A stretch of DNA of 64,000 nt from NCBI GenBank assembly GCA_964606285.1, contig CAZSFP010000003.1, forward strand, positions 84,967 through 148,966. The letters are read 5' to 3'. Shown piece by piece: positions 28,409-37,699 of the stretch. A program made the translations under genes and the position numbers. Positions within the stretch are counted from its first letter, which is position 1, and the number at the start of each line of letters is the position of its first letter. The stretch is from an uncultured Candidatus Saccharibacteria bacterium (GTDB lineage Bacteria > Patescibacteriota > Minisyncoccia > Phycocordibacterales > UBA9973). Under the pieces are notes generated by a model, which saw only the letters and a program-made list of their open reading frames with translations, was not told the origin of the DNA and did no database searches.

Positions 28409-28460
28409 ACTATACCAGAGAAAGATCACCCTTGCAATTGGGATGATTTGGGAGTACAGT
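28409..28460. promoter_or_regulatory. Back-to-back sigma70 promoters sharing one palindromic -35 (TTGCAA, 28432-28437)
   Basis: Minus: TTGCAA-17-TATAGT-GCAGAAAA. Plus: TTGCAA-17-TACAGT-GCAGAAAA. Confidence 0.65.
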
Positions 28461-28479
28461 GCAGAAAAATCATTGCTCT

Positions 28480-29493
28480 ATGACAGATACAAAACTATTG
28501 TTTGATCGTACAAAATACAGCGATACCAGAGAAGAATTGTTGGTAGATGCTGAGAAAATAATTGTTGCTATTGCTGACACTGTTCATATCACGACAGACA
28601 AGGCACTGGAACTTATTTTGAGAAAATCACTTACAACAAATACATATTATCTTTTGCAAACGCTCGTACTTTTTCTTGGTCATAAATACAAAGATGAAGC
28701 ATTCACGTTTCTCGCCAAAATTTCACTGAGAAAAGAAGACTTGTTCCGGGATATGAGAAACAAAAGTTTAAAGTGTGCACAATTGCCGGATTTTACATTT
28801 CAAAATTCCATTTCCAGTGCGGAAGCAGAAATGGGGTTCTCAATAAGAGATATCCTTACTGCAAGTGACAAAAAGAGTGTGTCCAATGACGGAGATGCTT
28901 TTGACCTTAAAAAGTTTATTCGGGGTAAAAAAAGAAAACAAGAAATAAAAAAAGTTCCCACCCTTTCTGTTGTCGATGTTCGTAAAATTGAAGTAAAATG
29001 TCTTTTGTATTTACAGGAGATGACACTAAGGGAATGCATGGATATTTTCTTTGCCGCAGTCATGATAGTTTTTTCATTTGAAAAAGAATCATTGTTTCTG
29101 ACAGGAAAATATAAATCAAACGGTATTCGTGTCAGACAGGGGGATGATGTCATTGTTCCCCGAAGAATGATGTGTTCGCTGGCAAGGAAGGCGAAAACCA
29201 AAAGAGAAGCTTCTTTGACGAACATCGCGGCATTTTTTACACCACCTGATGATGAGCCTGGTCATTCGAATACACTTCATAATATACGTGCTCATGAGGA
29301 TATTTTTGCAAACAATGCAAAATATCGAATGCAATATTTTGATTTTCTGACAGCTGTTCTTTTGCTAGTTTCAAAAATAGAGCCACTTGTCAAAGAACTT
29401 AATTTGGAAAGTATGAGCAAGCGGACATACATCGAAAGACGCAAAGAATTATTTGCTGCTGTTATCAGTGAATCAGTAAAAAAAATGTGCTGA
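28480..29493 (+). CDS. AT-rich orphan hypothetical protein
   Basis: Long ORF; ATG 28480 after the promoter; terminator AAAAATCCCCT..AGGGGATTTTT near 29498-29523. Confidence 0.72.
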   Translation: MTDTKLLFDRTKYSDTREELLVDAEKIIVAIADTVHITTDKALELILRKSLTTNTYYLLQTLVLFLGHKYKDEAFTFLAKISLRKEDLFRDMRNKSLKCAQLPDFTFQNSISSAEAEMGFSIRDILTASDKKSVSNDGDAFDLKKFIRGKKRKQEIKKVPTLSVVDVRKIEVKCLLYLQEMTLRECMDIFFAAVMIVFSFEKESLFLTGKYKSNGIRVRQGDDVIVPRRMMCSLARKAKTKREASLTNIAAFFTPPDDEPGHSNTLHNIRAHEDIFANNAKYRMQYFDFLTAVLLLVSKIEPLVKELNLESMSKRTYIERRKELFAAVISESVKKMC

Positions 29494-29581
29494 ATTTAAA
29501 AATCCCCTCACGTAGGGGATTTTTTTTGCTAAATATCTATTGTATGGTATGGTGTTTCAAAATACCTTAATAGAAACGACA

Positions 29582-30076
29582 ATGGAAAAGGAATTTATGG
29601 ATAGTAAAAGTCATTTTGAAATATTGAAAAAAACCAGGGGAATAACACCGGCTCATATTGATTTTTTTCGTTATCTTGTTGCTGGGGCGGAAATTTGTTT
29701 TGAAGTAACAATTGAAGAATTATTGAAAGAAGGGAAATACGGAGAAACCTTGGTTTATGATGTGTGAAAAATGATGATTGTGATATTTGATGAGCGGTTT
29801 CATTTGAAAGACGCATTGACTGGTTTGTTTTTCAATAAAGATCGTTCAACGATTATTCATTCTATAAAACAACATCAGATATTTATGGATTCTACCAATG
29901 AGGTGGAATACAAAGAAAAATTTGAAAGATTCAAAATATTTGTAAATCATGATTTTTCTTCAGTCCTTGAAAAAGAAATGTTTTCAAAAGAAGAAGTTCT
30001 TGAAATTCTTCGTTTCAATGGGGTAAAACACCCATTGTTTCCAGTTAAGCTTGAAAAATCCCCCGCGAAAATGTAG
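29582..30076 (+). pseudogene. DnaA-domain-IV-like HTH protein interrupted by one in-frame TGA (29765-29767)
   Basis: The two ORFs share a frame: CFEVTIEELLKEGKYGETLVYDV*KMMIVIFDERFHLKDALTGLFFNKDRSTIIHSIKQH, compare DnaA ..PRQMAM...IG..FGGRDHTTVLHA. Confidence 0.6.
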
Positions 30077-30129
30077 GGGATTTTTTTGTTACGATTTTTC
30101 TGTTGAATGTGCTACACTTTTCGGTATCT

Positions 30130-31833
30130 ATGGATATCCAAGCGATTCTCAAACAAGCTATTGCGCAGGCATGCGCAGATCTTGATTTATCTGTATCAGA
30201 CATCATTCTCGAACATCCGGCGGATCTTTCGCACGGTGATTATTCAACGAATATTGCCCTTGCGAGTGCAAAGCAACTCGGTCGCAATCCGCGCGTTGTC
30301 GCAGAAATGATTGTAGAAAAACTCGAAGAACAACTTCCTGTAGCGGTTGAAAAAGTCGAGATTGCTGGTCCGGGATTTATCAATTTTTACTTGAACCGAG
30401 AATTTTTTACGCAAAGTATTTTTGATATCGGTAAGGCGGGGGCAGGATGGGGAAAGAACGATCATTTTGTCGGCAAGAAAGTGATGATTGAATACACACA
30501 ACCAAATCCGTTCAAACCATTCCATATCGGACATTTGATGTCGAATGCGATCGGGGAGTCTTTGTCGCGTATTATTGAAGCATCCGGTGCGACGCTTGTC
30601 CGGGCAAACTATCAGGGAGATGTTGGACTTCATGTCGCGAAGGCTCTCTATGGACTTTTACAAAAAGGTAAACCGGCAACTGATATGTCTGTCGGTGCAC
30701 AGGCACAATATGTCGGTGAACTGTATTCATGGGCGGCGGGTCTCTATGAGTCTGATGAATCTGTAAAAAAAGAAATTGATATTATAAACAAGAAAGTGTA
30801 TGACCGGTCTGATGAAAAAATAAACGAACTCTATGATTGGGGGAGAGAGGTGACCCTTGCTGCATTTGAAATATTATACAAAACACTCGGCACAAAATTT
30901 GATTATTATTTCTTTGAATCAGAAATGGCAAAGATCGGTGAAAAAATTGTTCGAGAAAATATTGGTCCAGTATTTGAAGAATCCGATGGCGCTATTGTTT
31001 TTCATGCAGAAAAATACGATCCGAAACTCCATACGCGTGTGTTCATTACGTCACAGGGTCTTCCTGCATATGAGACAAAGGAGGTTGGCTTGACGATTAC
31101 AAAATTTGAAAAAGAAAATCCTGATCTCTCTATCATCACGACCGCCATCGAACAAGGTGAATACATGAAGGTGGTCCAAAAAGCAGTATCCTTGATGCAT
31201 CCAGACTACGAATCTCGAATGAAACATGTCACACACGGTATGATGCGCCTCGCGTCTGGCAAGATGTCATCTCGCAAGGGAAATGTCGTGACTGGTGAAT
31301 CACTCATCAGTGATTCGATGGATATGGTGCTTGAGAAAGTAAAAGATCGTGAATTTACCGAAGAACAAAAAGCTATTGTTGCACAAATAGTAGGGGTGGC
31401 TGCACTCAAATACTCTATTCTCCGATCATCACTCGGGTCAGATATCGTGTATGATTTTGAAAAATCTATTTCCTTTGAAGGGGATTCTGGTCCATATCTC
31501 CAGTACACCGCAGTTCGAGCCAATTCAATTCTCGCAAAAGCCGAGAAAGTAACCGCCCATGATACCGTTCCTGAATATGTGACAGAGATAGAGCGAATAC
31601 TGTATCGATTCCCAGAAGTTGTATCGTATGCTTGTGCCGAACTTGAACCACATCATATCGCTGTTTATCTCACCGAACTTGCAAGTGCATTCAATTCATT
31701 TTATGCAAACACACGTATTCTCGATGAAGAAAATGAACATCGAGAATACCAGATCGCTATCGTCACGGCATTTTATACGACGATGAAGAATGGTCTCCAT
31801 CTCCTCGGTATTGAAACTCCAGAAAAAATGTAA
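30130..31833 (+). CDS. argS: Arginine--tRNA ligase
   Basis: HGDYSTN, AGPGFINF, PNPFKPFHIGH, KMSSRKG, GPYLQYTAVR. Confidence 0.98.
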   Translation: MDIQAILKQAIAQACADLDLSVSDIILEHPADLSHGDYSTNIALASAKQLGRNPRVVAEMIVEKLEEQLPVAVEKVEIAGPGFINFYLNREFFTQSIFDIGKAGAGWGKNDHFVGKKVMIEYTQPNPFKPFHIGHLMSNAIGESLSRIIEASGATLVRANYQGDVGLHVAKALYGLLQKGKPATDMSVGAQAQYVGELYSWAAGLYESDESVKKEIDIINKKVYDRSDEKINELYDWGREVTLAAFEILYKTLGTKFDYYFFESEMAKIGEKIVRENIGPVFEESDGAIVFHAEKYDPKLHTRVFITSQGLPAYETKEVGLTITKFEKENPDLSIITTAIEQGEYMKVVQKAVSLMHPDYESRMKHVTHGMMRLASGKMSSRKGNVVTGESLISDSMDMVLEKVKDREFTEEQKAIVAQIVGVAALKYSILRSSLGSDIVYDFEKSISFEGDSGPYLQYTAVRANSILAKAEKVTAHDTVPEYVTEIERILYRFPEVVSYACAELEPHHIAVYLTELASAFNSFYANTRILDEENEHREYQIAIVTAFYTTMKNGLHLLGIETPEKM

Positions 31834-31868
31834 AACAAAAACCGCCCAGACTTGGGCGGTTTTTGTTT
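31833..31868. terminator. Bidirectional terminator
   Basis: AAAACAAAAACCGCCCA-GACT-TGGGCGGTTTTTGTTTT. Confidence 0.8.
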
Positions 31869-31873
31869 TACAT

Positions 31874-32233
31874 TTATTTTTTCTTTGAAACCTTTTTTGC
31901 AGCAGATTGCGGACTTTTTAAATCACGTTTGATACTGTTCCATTTTTTCTTGAGATCACTAACAACATGAGCAACTTCTTCTGAGTCTACGCTACTCAAT
32001 TTGTGATATTTTTGCGAAATTGTATCAATGATATTTTCATACGCTTCTTTTGTGAGATCGTTTGATTTTTCAAGTTTTTCAATCGCTTCAGCTTTCATTT
32101 TTATCACCCATGACTTGAGTGCTTTTTGATTCTTTTTTCCTGAGAGGAAGTATGCGGCTGCCGCAACAGCGACAATACCTGCACCTACAAGTGCTATTTT
32201 CTTTCCAGTATTTTCTTTGTTCTTATTTTTCAT
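31874..32233 (-). CDS. Small membrane-anchored helical protein (YtxH-like)
   Basis: TM IALVGAGIVAVAAAAYFL followed by basic amphipathic helices. Confidence 0.7.
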   Translation of the reverse strand: MKNKNKENTGKKIALVGAGIVAVAAAAYFLSGKKNQKALKSWVIKMKAEAIEKLEKSNDLTKEAYENIIDTISQKYHKLSSVDSEEVAHVVSDLKKKWNSIKRDLKSPQSAAKKVSKKK

Positions 32234-32456
32234 TGTGTTTATGTGTCTTTTTTTCTTTTGGTGAAAAGAAAGTTAAAATATTTTTGATAAAAGAGCTCAC
32301 ATGGTTTACGGCACCATCGAGTTTCTCGCTTGCACGAGAAATATTTCGGGCGGAGCGGATCGCATAGACAAGAAAGATACCCGCAAATACGCCGAGGACG
32401 ATGAATCCTACGGATGCGATAACAAAAAAGATATCAGATTTTGCGAGTGTTTCCAT
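32223..32456 (-). CDS. Small single-TM protein
   Basis: SDIFFVIASVGFIVLGVFAGIFLVYAI plus short coiled coil; overlaps the next gene. Confidence 0.7.
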   Translation of the reverse strand: METLAKSDIFFVIASVGFIVLGVFAGIFLVYAIRSARNISRASEKLDGAVNHVSSFIKNILTFFSPKEKKTHKHNEK

Positions 32457-32550
32457 GTAGTACGATGTATCGTGAGGATACTCTTTTAGTATATCATGAT
32501 AGCTGATTTAGTTTGCATATTTTTTGATGTGGCGTATACTCTGTGTATAA

Positions 32551-32741
32551 GCGATGAAGAGGCCCCGTCCAGAATAATCCGGGCAGGAATCACCTCGGAG
32601 CTTTGGGAAGAAACCTTCGGGGAGTAGAACCCAATTAATGAGAGCCCCGCCAAAGGCGGGTAAAAACTAAGGTGGTACCACGAGCAGAAACTCGTCCTTG
32701 GATTATGATTATTCATAATTCGTGGACGAGTTTTTAATTTT
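32551..32741 (+). promoter_or_regulatory. T-box riboswitch (Ile, AUC specifier) with terminator
   Basis: GCGATGA..GGAGC K-turn base, ATC at 32589-32591, Stem II with GAA/AGTA S-turn, T-box AAGGTGGTACCACG (32669-32682), terminator AAACTCGTCC..GGACGAGTTT+T run; upstream of ileS. Confidence 0.93.
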
Positions 32742-32743
32742 AT

Positions 32744-35700
32744 ATGACAGAAAACAATCAAAAATCAGAAAAATCTCAGGCAGCGCTTCGCGAAGAAGCG
32801 GTATTACAGTTCTGGAAAGACAACAATATTTTCGATAAAACCCTAGAGAAGGAATCTCCGCGCGGTGACTTTGTTTTCTATGAAGGACCCCCAGGAGCAA
32901 ATGGTGTACCGATGCTTCACCATTTTGAAGCACGGGCGTTCAAAGACATCATTCCGCGCTACAAAACTATGCAGGGATATCGCGTTGATCGCCGTGCCGG
33001 TTGGGATTGTCATGGACTTCCTGTCGAACTCCAGGCGGAGAAAGAATTGGGTATTGCATCAAAAAAGGATATCGAAAATTACGGCATCGAAAAATACAAT
33101 GCGTATTGTCGTGAACTCGTGACTCGTTATATTCATGAATGGGATATTTTTACTGAACGGATGGGGTACTGGATCGACAACAATCGTGCCTACTATACGA
33201 TGGACAGTAGCTTCATTGAGTCATCATGGAATATCATCGCAAAAGCGCATGAACGCGGATTTCTTTATCAGGATTACAAAATATTGCCGTGGTGCGCACG
33301 CTGCGGAACGGGATTGTCATCGCATGAACTCGGTCAGCCGGGTGTGTATGTCGATGTGAAGGATTTGTCGGTGTATGCAAAATTTAAAATTGTCGGTGAA
33401 GAAAATACTTTTATGCTTGCCTGGACAACAACACCTTGGACATTGCCGGGAAATGTCGGGCTTGCAGTGGGTATTGATATTGATTATGTAAAATTTGAAT
33501 ACGACGGTTCTGTATATATATCATCTTTAGAGTTTTATAAAAAAGGAGGAAATATAGATTCTACTAAAGAGCTCCCTAAACTTTTAAAAACACTAAAAGG
33601 AAAAGAGTTAATTGAATTGGAATACGAGCCACTCTATCCATATCTCGCAGAACTCGATCGTGGTGATGAGAAATTGCAGAATGCCTACAAAGTCTATGCG
33701 GCGGATTTTGTGACGACAACAGATGGAACAGGTATTGTACATACAGCGGTTATGTATGGCGCGGATGACTTTGAACTTGGAACAAAAGTTGGTTTGCCAA
33801 AGTTCCATCTCGTTGATCCAACAGGTCATTTCATACAAGGGACAGGTAACTTTGCGGGACGATTCGTCAAAGACGAAGATGTCGCGATCGATGTCATCAA
33901 AGATCTCGCACACAGAGGTTTGCTTTTCAAAAAAGAAAAATACGAACACGCATATCCGCATTGTTGGCGCTGCAAGACGCCACTCATCTACTATGCACGA
34001 TCATCGTGGTACTTTGCGATGTCGAAACTTCGTGAGGAAATGGTTGCACGAAATCAAACGATCAATTGGGAACCGGTGCATATCAAAGATGGTCGATTTG
34101 GCGAATGGCTTCGTGATGCGAAAGATTGGGCAATTTCCCGTGAACGATATTGGGGAACACCGCTTCCTGTATGGATTGCTGAAGATGGCGAGAAGCTGGT
34201 TGTTGATTCGTTTGAAACGCTCAAGGAACACAGCACTGATCAAGTCACCAAGATCTTGTTTGTTCGCCACGGACAATCAGATGCAAATGTTCTCGGTATG
34301 TCATCGAGCAATCATGACACTCATCCTTTGACGGATAAGGGCAGAGAACAGGCACGTCATACAGCAAAGCTTTTGAAAGATCAAAACATAGATGTTGTTT
34401 TTTCATCGCCAATTTTGCGTGCACGACAAACTGCAGACGAATATTGTTTATTGGTTGGAAAAACAGCAATCATCGATGAACGCATCGCTGAAATAAAAAG
34501 TGGTAACTGGGAAGAAAAACCTGCGACTGATCTCGATCTTCTCGCGTCTCGAAAAGCGTACAAGGATTTATCTATAGAAGAACGATATATCACAAAACGA
34601 GGAGAAACTGGTGAAAGTTGGGCTGAAGTTGATGTTCGTGTCCAGAATTTTCTCAATGATGTTCTCGAGAAATACAAAGGCAAAACGATTCTTTGTTTTG
34701 CGCATCAGGGAACAGATGCAGTTGCACTGAAGCTCCTCAAAGGTCTATCCAACGAAGAATCAATTAAGACGATATTCCACAATATGGATCTTGTCGACAA
34801 TGGATCAATCGCGACCGTGTATGTCGATGCAAAAACAAAAAAAGAACTCGACCCACATCGACCGTTCATTGATGAAATAGTTCTTGAAAAGAATGGAAAG
34901 AAATTTACCCGTGTCAAAGAAGTCATGGACGTGTGGTTTGATTCTGGAGCAATGCCACTCGCACAGGATCACTATCCATTCCAAAACAAAGAAAAGATCG
35001 ACAATGGTGGGTATCCGGCAGATTTTATATCAGAAGCAATCGACCAAACTCGCGGTTGGTTCTATACACTTGTTGCCGTGTCTGCACTTATCGATCGGCC
35101 GGCACCATTTCAAAATGCCATTTGTCTCGGACACTTGCTCGATGCCGAGGGACAGAAAATGTCCAAATCAAAAGGCAATGTCATCAATCCATGGGAACAA
35201 ATGGATAAGTTCGGCGCGGACGCTGTTCGCATGTGGATGTACTCAGTGACACAACCGGGGGATTCAAAGAACTATGATGAGAAAGTTGTTCGTGAATTCA
35301 ACAACAAAATATTTGGCCTTCTCGGTAATGTCGTTTCATTCTATAAGTTGTATCGTGATACCTCACTAGAGCCTCTGGCATCCAATCTAAAACCTGCTCA
35401 CGTTTTGGATCAATGGATTCTTTCACGACTACATCAATTCACAAAGCTTGTTACAGAATCTCTCGATGCATACAAAATATTTGAACCGGCTCGTGGTTTT
35501 CGTGACTTTGTCGATGATCTGTCGACATGGTATCTTCGCCGATCCCGTGATCGACTCAAAGATGGTGATGTAGAAGCAAAACAGACACTCTATGTTGTTT
35601 TGAAAACACTTGCGAAGTTGCTTGCGCCATTTGCGCCGTTTACTGCAGAAGAAATGTGGCAGGAATTGAAACTTGATAATGAACAGGAAAGCGTCCATCT

Positions 35701-36193
35701 TGCCCCATGGCCAGTTTCAGGAGAAATCTCAGAAGAGCTACGGGAAAACATGCAGCTCGTTCGTGATCTCTGTGCTGTCGGACACGCGCTTCGCAGCAAG
35801 GCCGGTATCCCAGTCCGCCAAGTCCTCGCGACGTTCTTTGTCACCGAGGACCTCACAGATGCATACAAGGAAATCATGAAAGATGAAATGAATGTCAAAG
35901 CGATCGAAAAAGGTCCGGTTATTATTTTCGATGAACGTATCACTCCTGAACTCAAGCAGGAAGGGCAGTCACGAGAACTTATCCGTGCAATCCAAGATCT
36001 CCGCAAGAAATCCGGTCTCAACCCTGATGATGTCATAACATTGTCTGTATCTACAGATGAATCCGGTACAGCAATTATTGAATCGTTTGCATCCGACATT
36101 CAAAAAGTTGTGAACGCAAAAGAAATCGTCTTTGGAGAAAATGAAGGGGAAGAGATAAAAATTGATGAAATAGTATTTAAGGTTAAAATATAA
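32744..36193 (+). CDS. ileS: Isoleucine--tRNA ligase (type 2) with inserted histidine phosphatase domain
   Basis: GWDCHGLPVE, WTTTPWTLP, DWAISRERYWGTPLP, DQTRGWFY, KMSKS; insert FVRHGQS..SSPILRARQT..FAHQG near 34240-34830. Confidence 0.96.
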   Translation: MTENNQKSEKSQAALREEAVLQFWKDNNIFDKTLEKESPRGDFVFYEGPPGANGVPMLHHFEARAFKDIIPRYKTMQGYRVDRRAGWDCHGLPVELQAEKELGIASKKDIENYGIEKYNAYCRELVTRYIHEWDIFTERMGYWIDNNRAYYTMDSSFIESSWNIIAKAHERGFLYQDYKILPWCARCGTGLSSHELGQPGVYVDVKDLSVYAKFKIVGEENTFMLAWTTTPWTLPGNVGLAVGIDIDYVKFEYDGSVYISSLEFYKKGGNIDSTKELPKLLKTLKGKELIELEYEPLYPYLAELDRGDEKLQNAYKVYAADFVTTTDGTGIVHTAVMYGADDFELGTKVGLPKFHLVDPTGHFIQGTGNFAGRFVKDEDVAIDVIKDLAHRGLLFKKEKYEHAYPHCWRCKTPLIYYARSSWYFAMSKLREEMVARNQTINWEPVHIKDGRFGEWLRDAKDWAISRERYWGTPLPVWIAEDGEKLVVDSFETLKEHSTDQVTKILFVRHGQSDANVLGMSSSNHDTHPLTDKGREQARHTAKLLKDQNIDVVFSSPILRARQTADEYCLLVGKTAIIDERIAEIKSGNWEEKPATDLDLLASRKAYKDLSIEERYITKRGETGESWAEVDVRVQNFLNDVLEKYKGKTILCFAHQGTDAVALKLLKGLSNEESIKTIFHNMDLVDNGSIATVYVDAKTKKELDPHRPFIDEIVLEKNGKKFTRVKEVMDVWFDSGAMPLAQDHYPFQNKEKIDNGGYPADFISEAIDQTRGWFYTLVAVSALIDRPAPFQNAICLGHLLDAEGQKMSKSKGNVINPWEQMDKFGADAVRMWMYSVTQPGDSKNYDEKVVREFNNKIFGLLGNVVSFYKLYRDTSLEPLASNLKPAHVLDQWILSRLHQFTKLVTESLDAYKIFEPARGFRDFVDDLSTWYLRRSRDRLKDGDVEAKQTLYVVLKTLAKLLAPFAPFTAEEMWQELKLDNEQESVHLAPWPVSGEISEELRENMQLVRDLCAVGHALRSKAGIPVRQVLATFFVTEDLTDAYKEIMKDEMNVKAIEKGPVIIFDERITPELKQEGQSRELIRAIQDLRKKSGLNPDDVITLSVSTDESGTAIIESFASDIQKVVNAKEIVFGENEGEEIKIDEIVFKVKI

Positions 36194-36195
36194 AT

Positions 36196-36501
36196 ATGGA
36201 AAAAGAATCATTTAAACAAGAAAATGATCCACGATTGGAAAAGCTTTTGGAATACATAAAACCAATAATTCAAAAAGAATATCCACTTGTTGATATTACA
36301 TTGGGTAATGTTCAAGATGAGTTTTTCTTGTCAGTTGTTCGACAGGGAGCGGGGAATTTTATCGGCTATGCGTCTTTTGATACTTTTGAAGAATTGGAAA
36401 CATTTTTATTTGAAGAAAAATATAAACCTTGGTTTGATATTGGAGAAAACACAAATAAAAAAAATTTTGGATTGACGGAGGGTGGTATCAGTAAAAATTA
36501 A
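36196..36501 (+). CDS. Hypothetical protein
   Basis: ORF 2 nt after ileS, followed by hairpin AAAAAGTCTACAC..GTGTAGACTTTTT (36506-36551). Confidence 0.65.
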   Translation: MEKESFKQENDPRLEKLLEYIKPIIQKEYPLVDITLGNVQDEFFLSVVRQGAGNFIGYASFDTFEELETFLFEEKYKPWFDIGENTNKKNFGLTEGGISKN

Positions 36502-36557
36502 AATAAAAAAGTCTACACTTTGACGCGGTCACGTTAATGTGTAGACTTTTTGCTTTT

Positions 36558-37088
36558 TTATATAGACATAGCAAGTCGATATTCCTTGCTTCCTTTTAGT
36601 AACATTGCTTTTTCAAGAAATAATTTTTTTCCTGCGACATTGTAGGTTTCTACTGATGTAGATAAAAGATAGTAATGTGCCAAGATCCTCATTTCTTGTA
36701 CGATGAGAAACTTTCTCTTCATCATGATTTTTTCGGTAAAAATTTCTTTTGGAATGATAAATTCATCTGCAAGATTTTCATGTACATTTTTGTGTCCTTC
36801 CACAACGCCAGAACATTCGGCATACTTTTCATATATGGGGTAGAGATCATTTTTATCTGTTGCTGGTCCATAGCCCTTGAACATCAAAAGTTCACACAAG
36901 AGTAAGTATTTTTCATCATTGAGTATGCGTAACTTTTTATCTCTTTTCATCATAATGACCTGTTTTAGAGTGGTGTCCGTTGTAAATTCTGGGTCATTGT
37001 TGTTGTTTATTGTTGAAAAGAAAAGCATTATTTCAAGGGGTGTTAGGTATTCTTGAAAAAGAATTTCTAGGGTCGTAAATTTATTCAT
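36558..37088 (-). CDS. AT-rich orphan, paralog of 37211..37699
   Basis: Promoter TTGACA-17-TAGTCT; shares NDE.Y...CE..M, YP....Y, H.N, PK.I with its neighbour. Confidence 0.7.
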   Translation of the reverse strand: MNKFTTLEILFQEYLTPLEIMLFFSTINNNNDPEFTTDTTLKQVIMMKRDKKLRILNDEKYLLLCELLMFKGYGPATDKNDLYPIYEKYAECSGVVEGHKNVHENLADEFIIPKEIFTEKIMMKRKFLIVQEMRILAHYYLLSTSVETYNVAGKKLFLEKAMLLKGSKEYRLAMSI

Positions 37089-37166
37089 GTTTTTAAATTT
37101 ATTTGTTTTTTAAGAGACTACGGGTTTTGTGTCATATTGTCAAATAAAATGCGCACTGAGTGAAAT

Positions 37167-37195
37167 AAAAAATCCCCGATATTCGGGGATTTTTT
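37167..37195. terminator. Intrinsic terminator
   Basis: AAAAAATCCCCGA-TAT-TCGGGGATTTTTT. Confidence 0.8.
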
Positions 37196-37210
37196 GAAAC
37201 TAGGAAGTTT

Positions 37211-37699
37211 CTATTTCTCGTAATATTCTTTTATGTACATTTTTGCGGTTATCACAAAGAAATTTTTGTTGACAGTGCTTGAGCCTATATCTGCGTAATA
37301 CAATTGCCTGATCGTGTGTAGTGATTTCAAAAGGCTGAAAAGTGGTTTTTCAGGAATATGTTCCTGAATATTTTTTGGCAGAGCTACTTTACGGGCAAAT
37401 TCACCACTATAGTTTTCATGGTCATTCATCATTGCAAGTGTGGTTGGAATATATCTTGAAAAGAAAGGATACTGCTCTGGAGTAGAAATGAATTCCATAA
37501 AAATTTCACAGATGTTCATATATGTCTCATCGTTCATCTTTTTTTGCATCTCGTCACCTGTTTGGGATATTATTTCTCTCAGAGAAATTCCGCTGTCAAA
37601 AAGTTTTTCCAGCTTCCTTCTTGCATTGGAAGATATTTTTATTTCTTCAAGTAATTCTTGTAAAGTGCTTGATTCAGTGAGTCCGCTCGTGATTGTCAT
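37211..37699 (-). CDS. AT-rich orphan, N-terminus loosely RNAP alphaCTD-like; paralog of 36558..37088
   Basis: Promoter TTGACA-17-TAGAGT-GAAGAAAA; IKISSNARRKL...GISLREIISQTGDEM. Confidence 0.7.
   Translation of the reverse strand: MTITSGLTESSTLQELLEEIKISSNARRKLEKLFDSGISLREIISQTGDEMQKKMNDETYMNICEIFMEFISTPEQYPFFSRYIPTTLAMMNDHENYSGEFARKVALPKNIQEHIPEKPLFSLLKSLHTIRQLYYADIGSSTVNKNFFVITAKMYIKEYYEK

Noticed and set aside
29765-29767. TGA-to-Gly recoding (genetic code 25)
   Set aside because: All long conserved genes translate fully under code 11 and ftsK ends in TGA at an ATGA overlap; one in-frame TGA is better explained as a mutation or error.
32486-32761. 91-aa minus-strand ORF over the ileS leader
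   Set aside because: The region is fully explained by the plus-strand T-box and its promoter.
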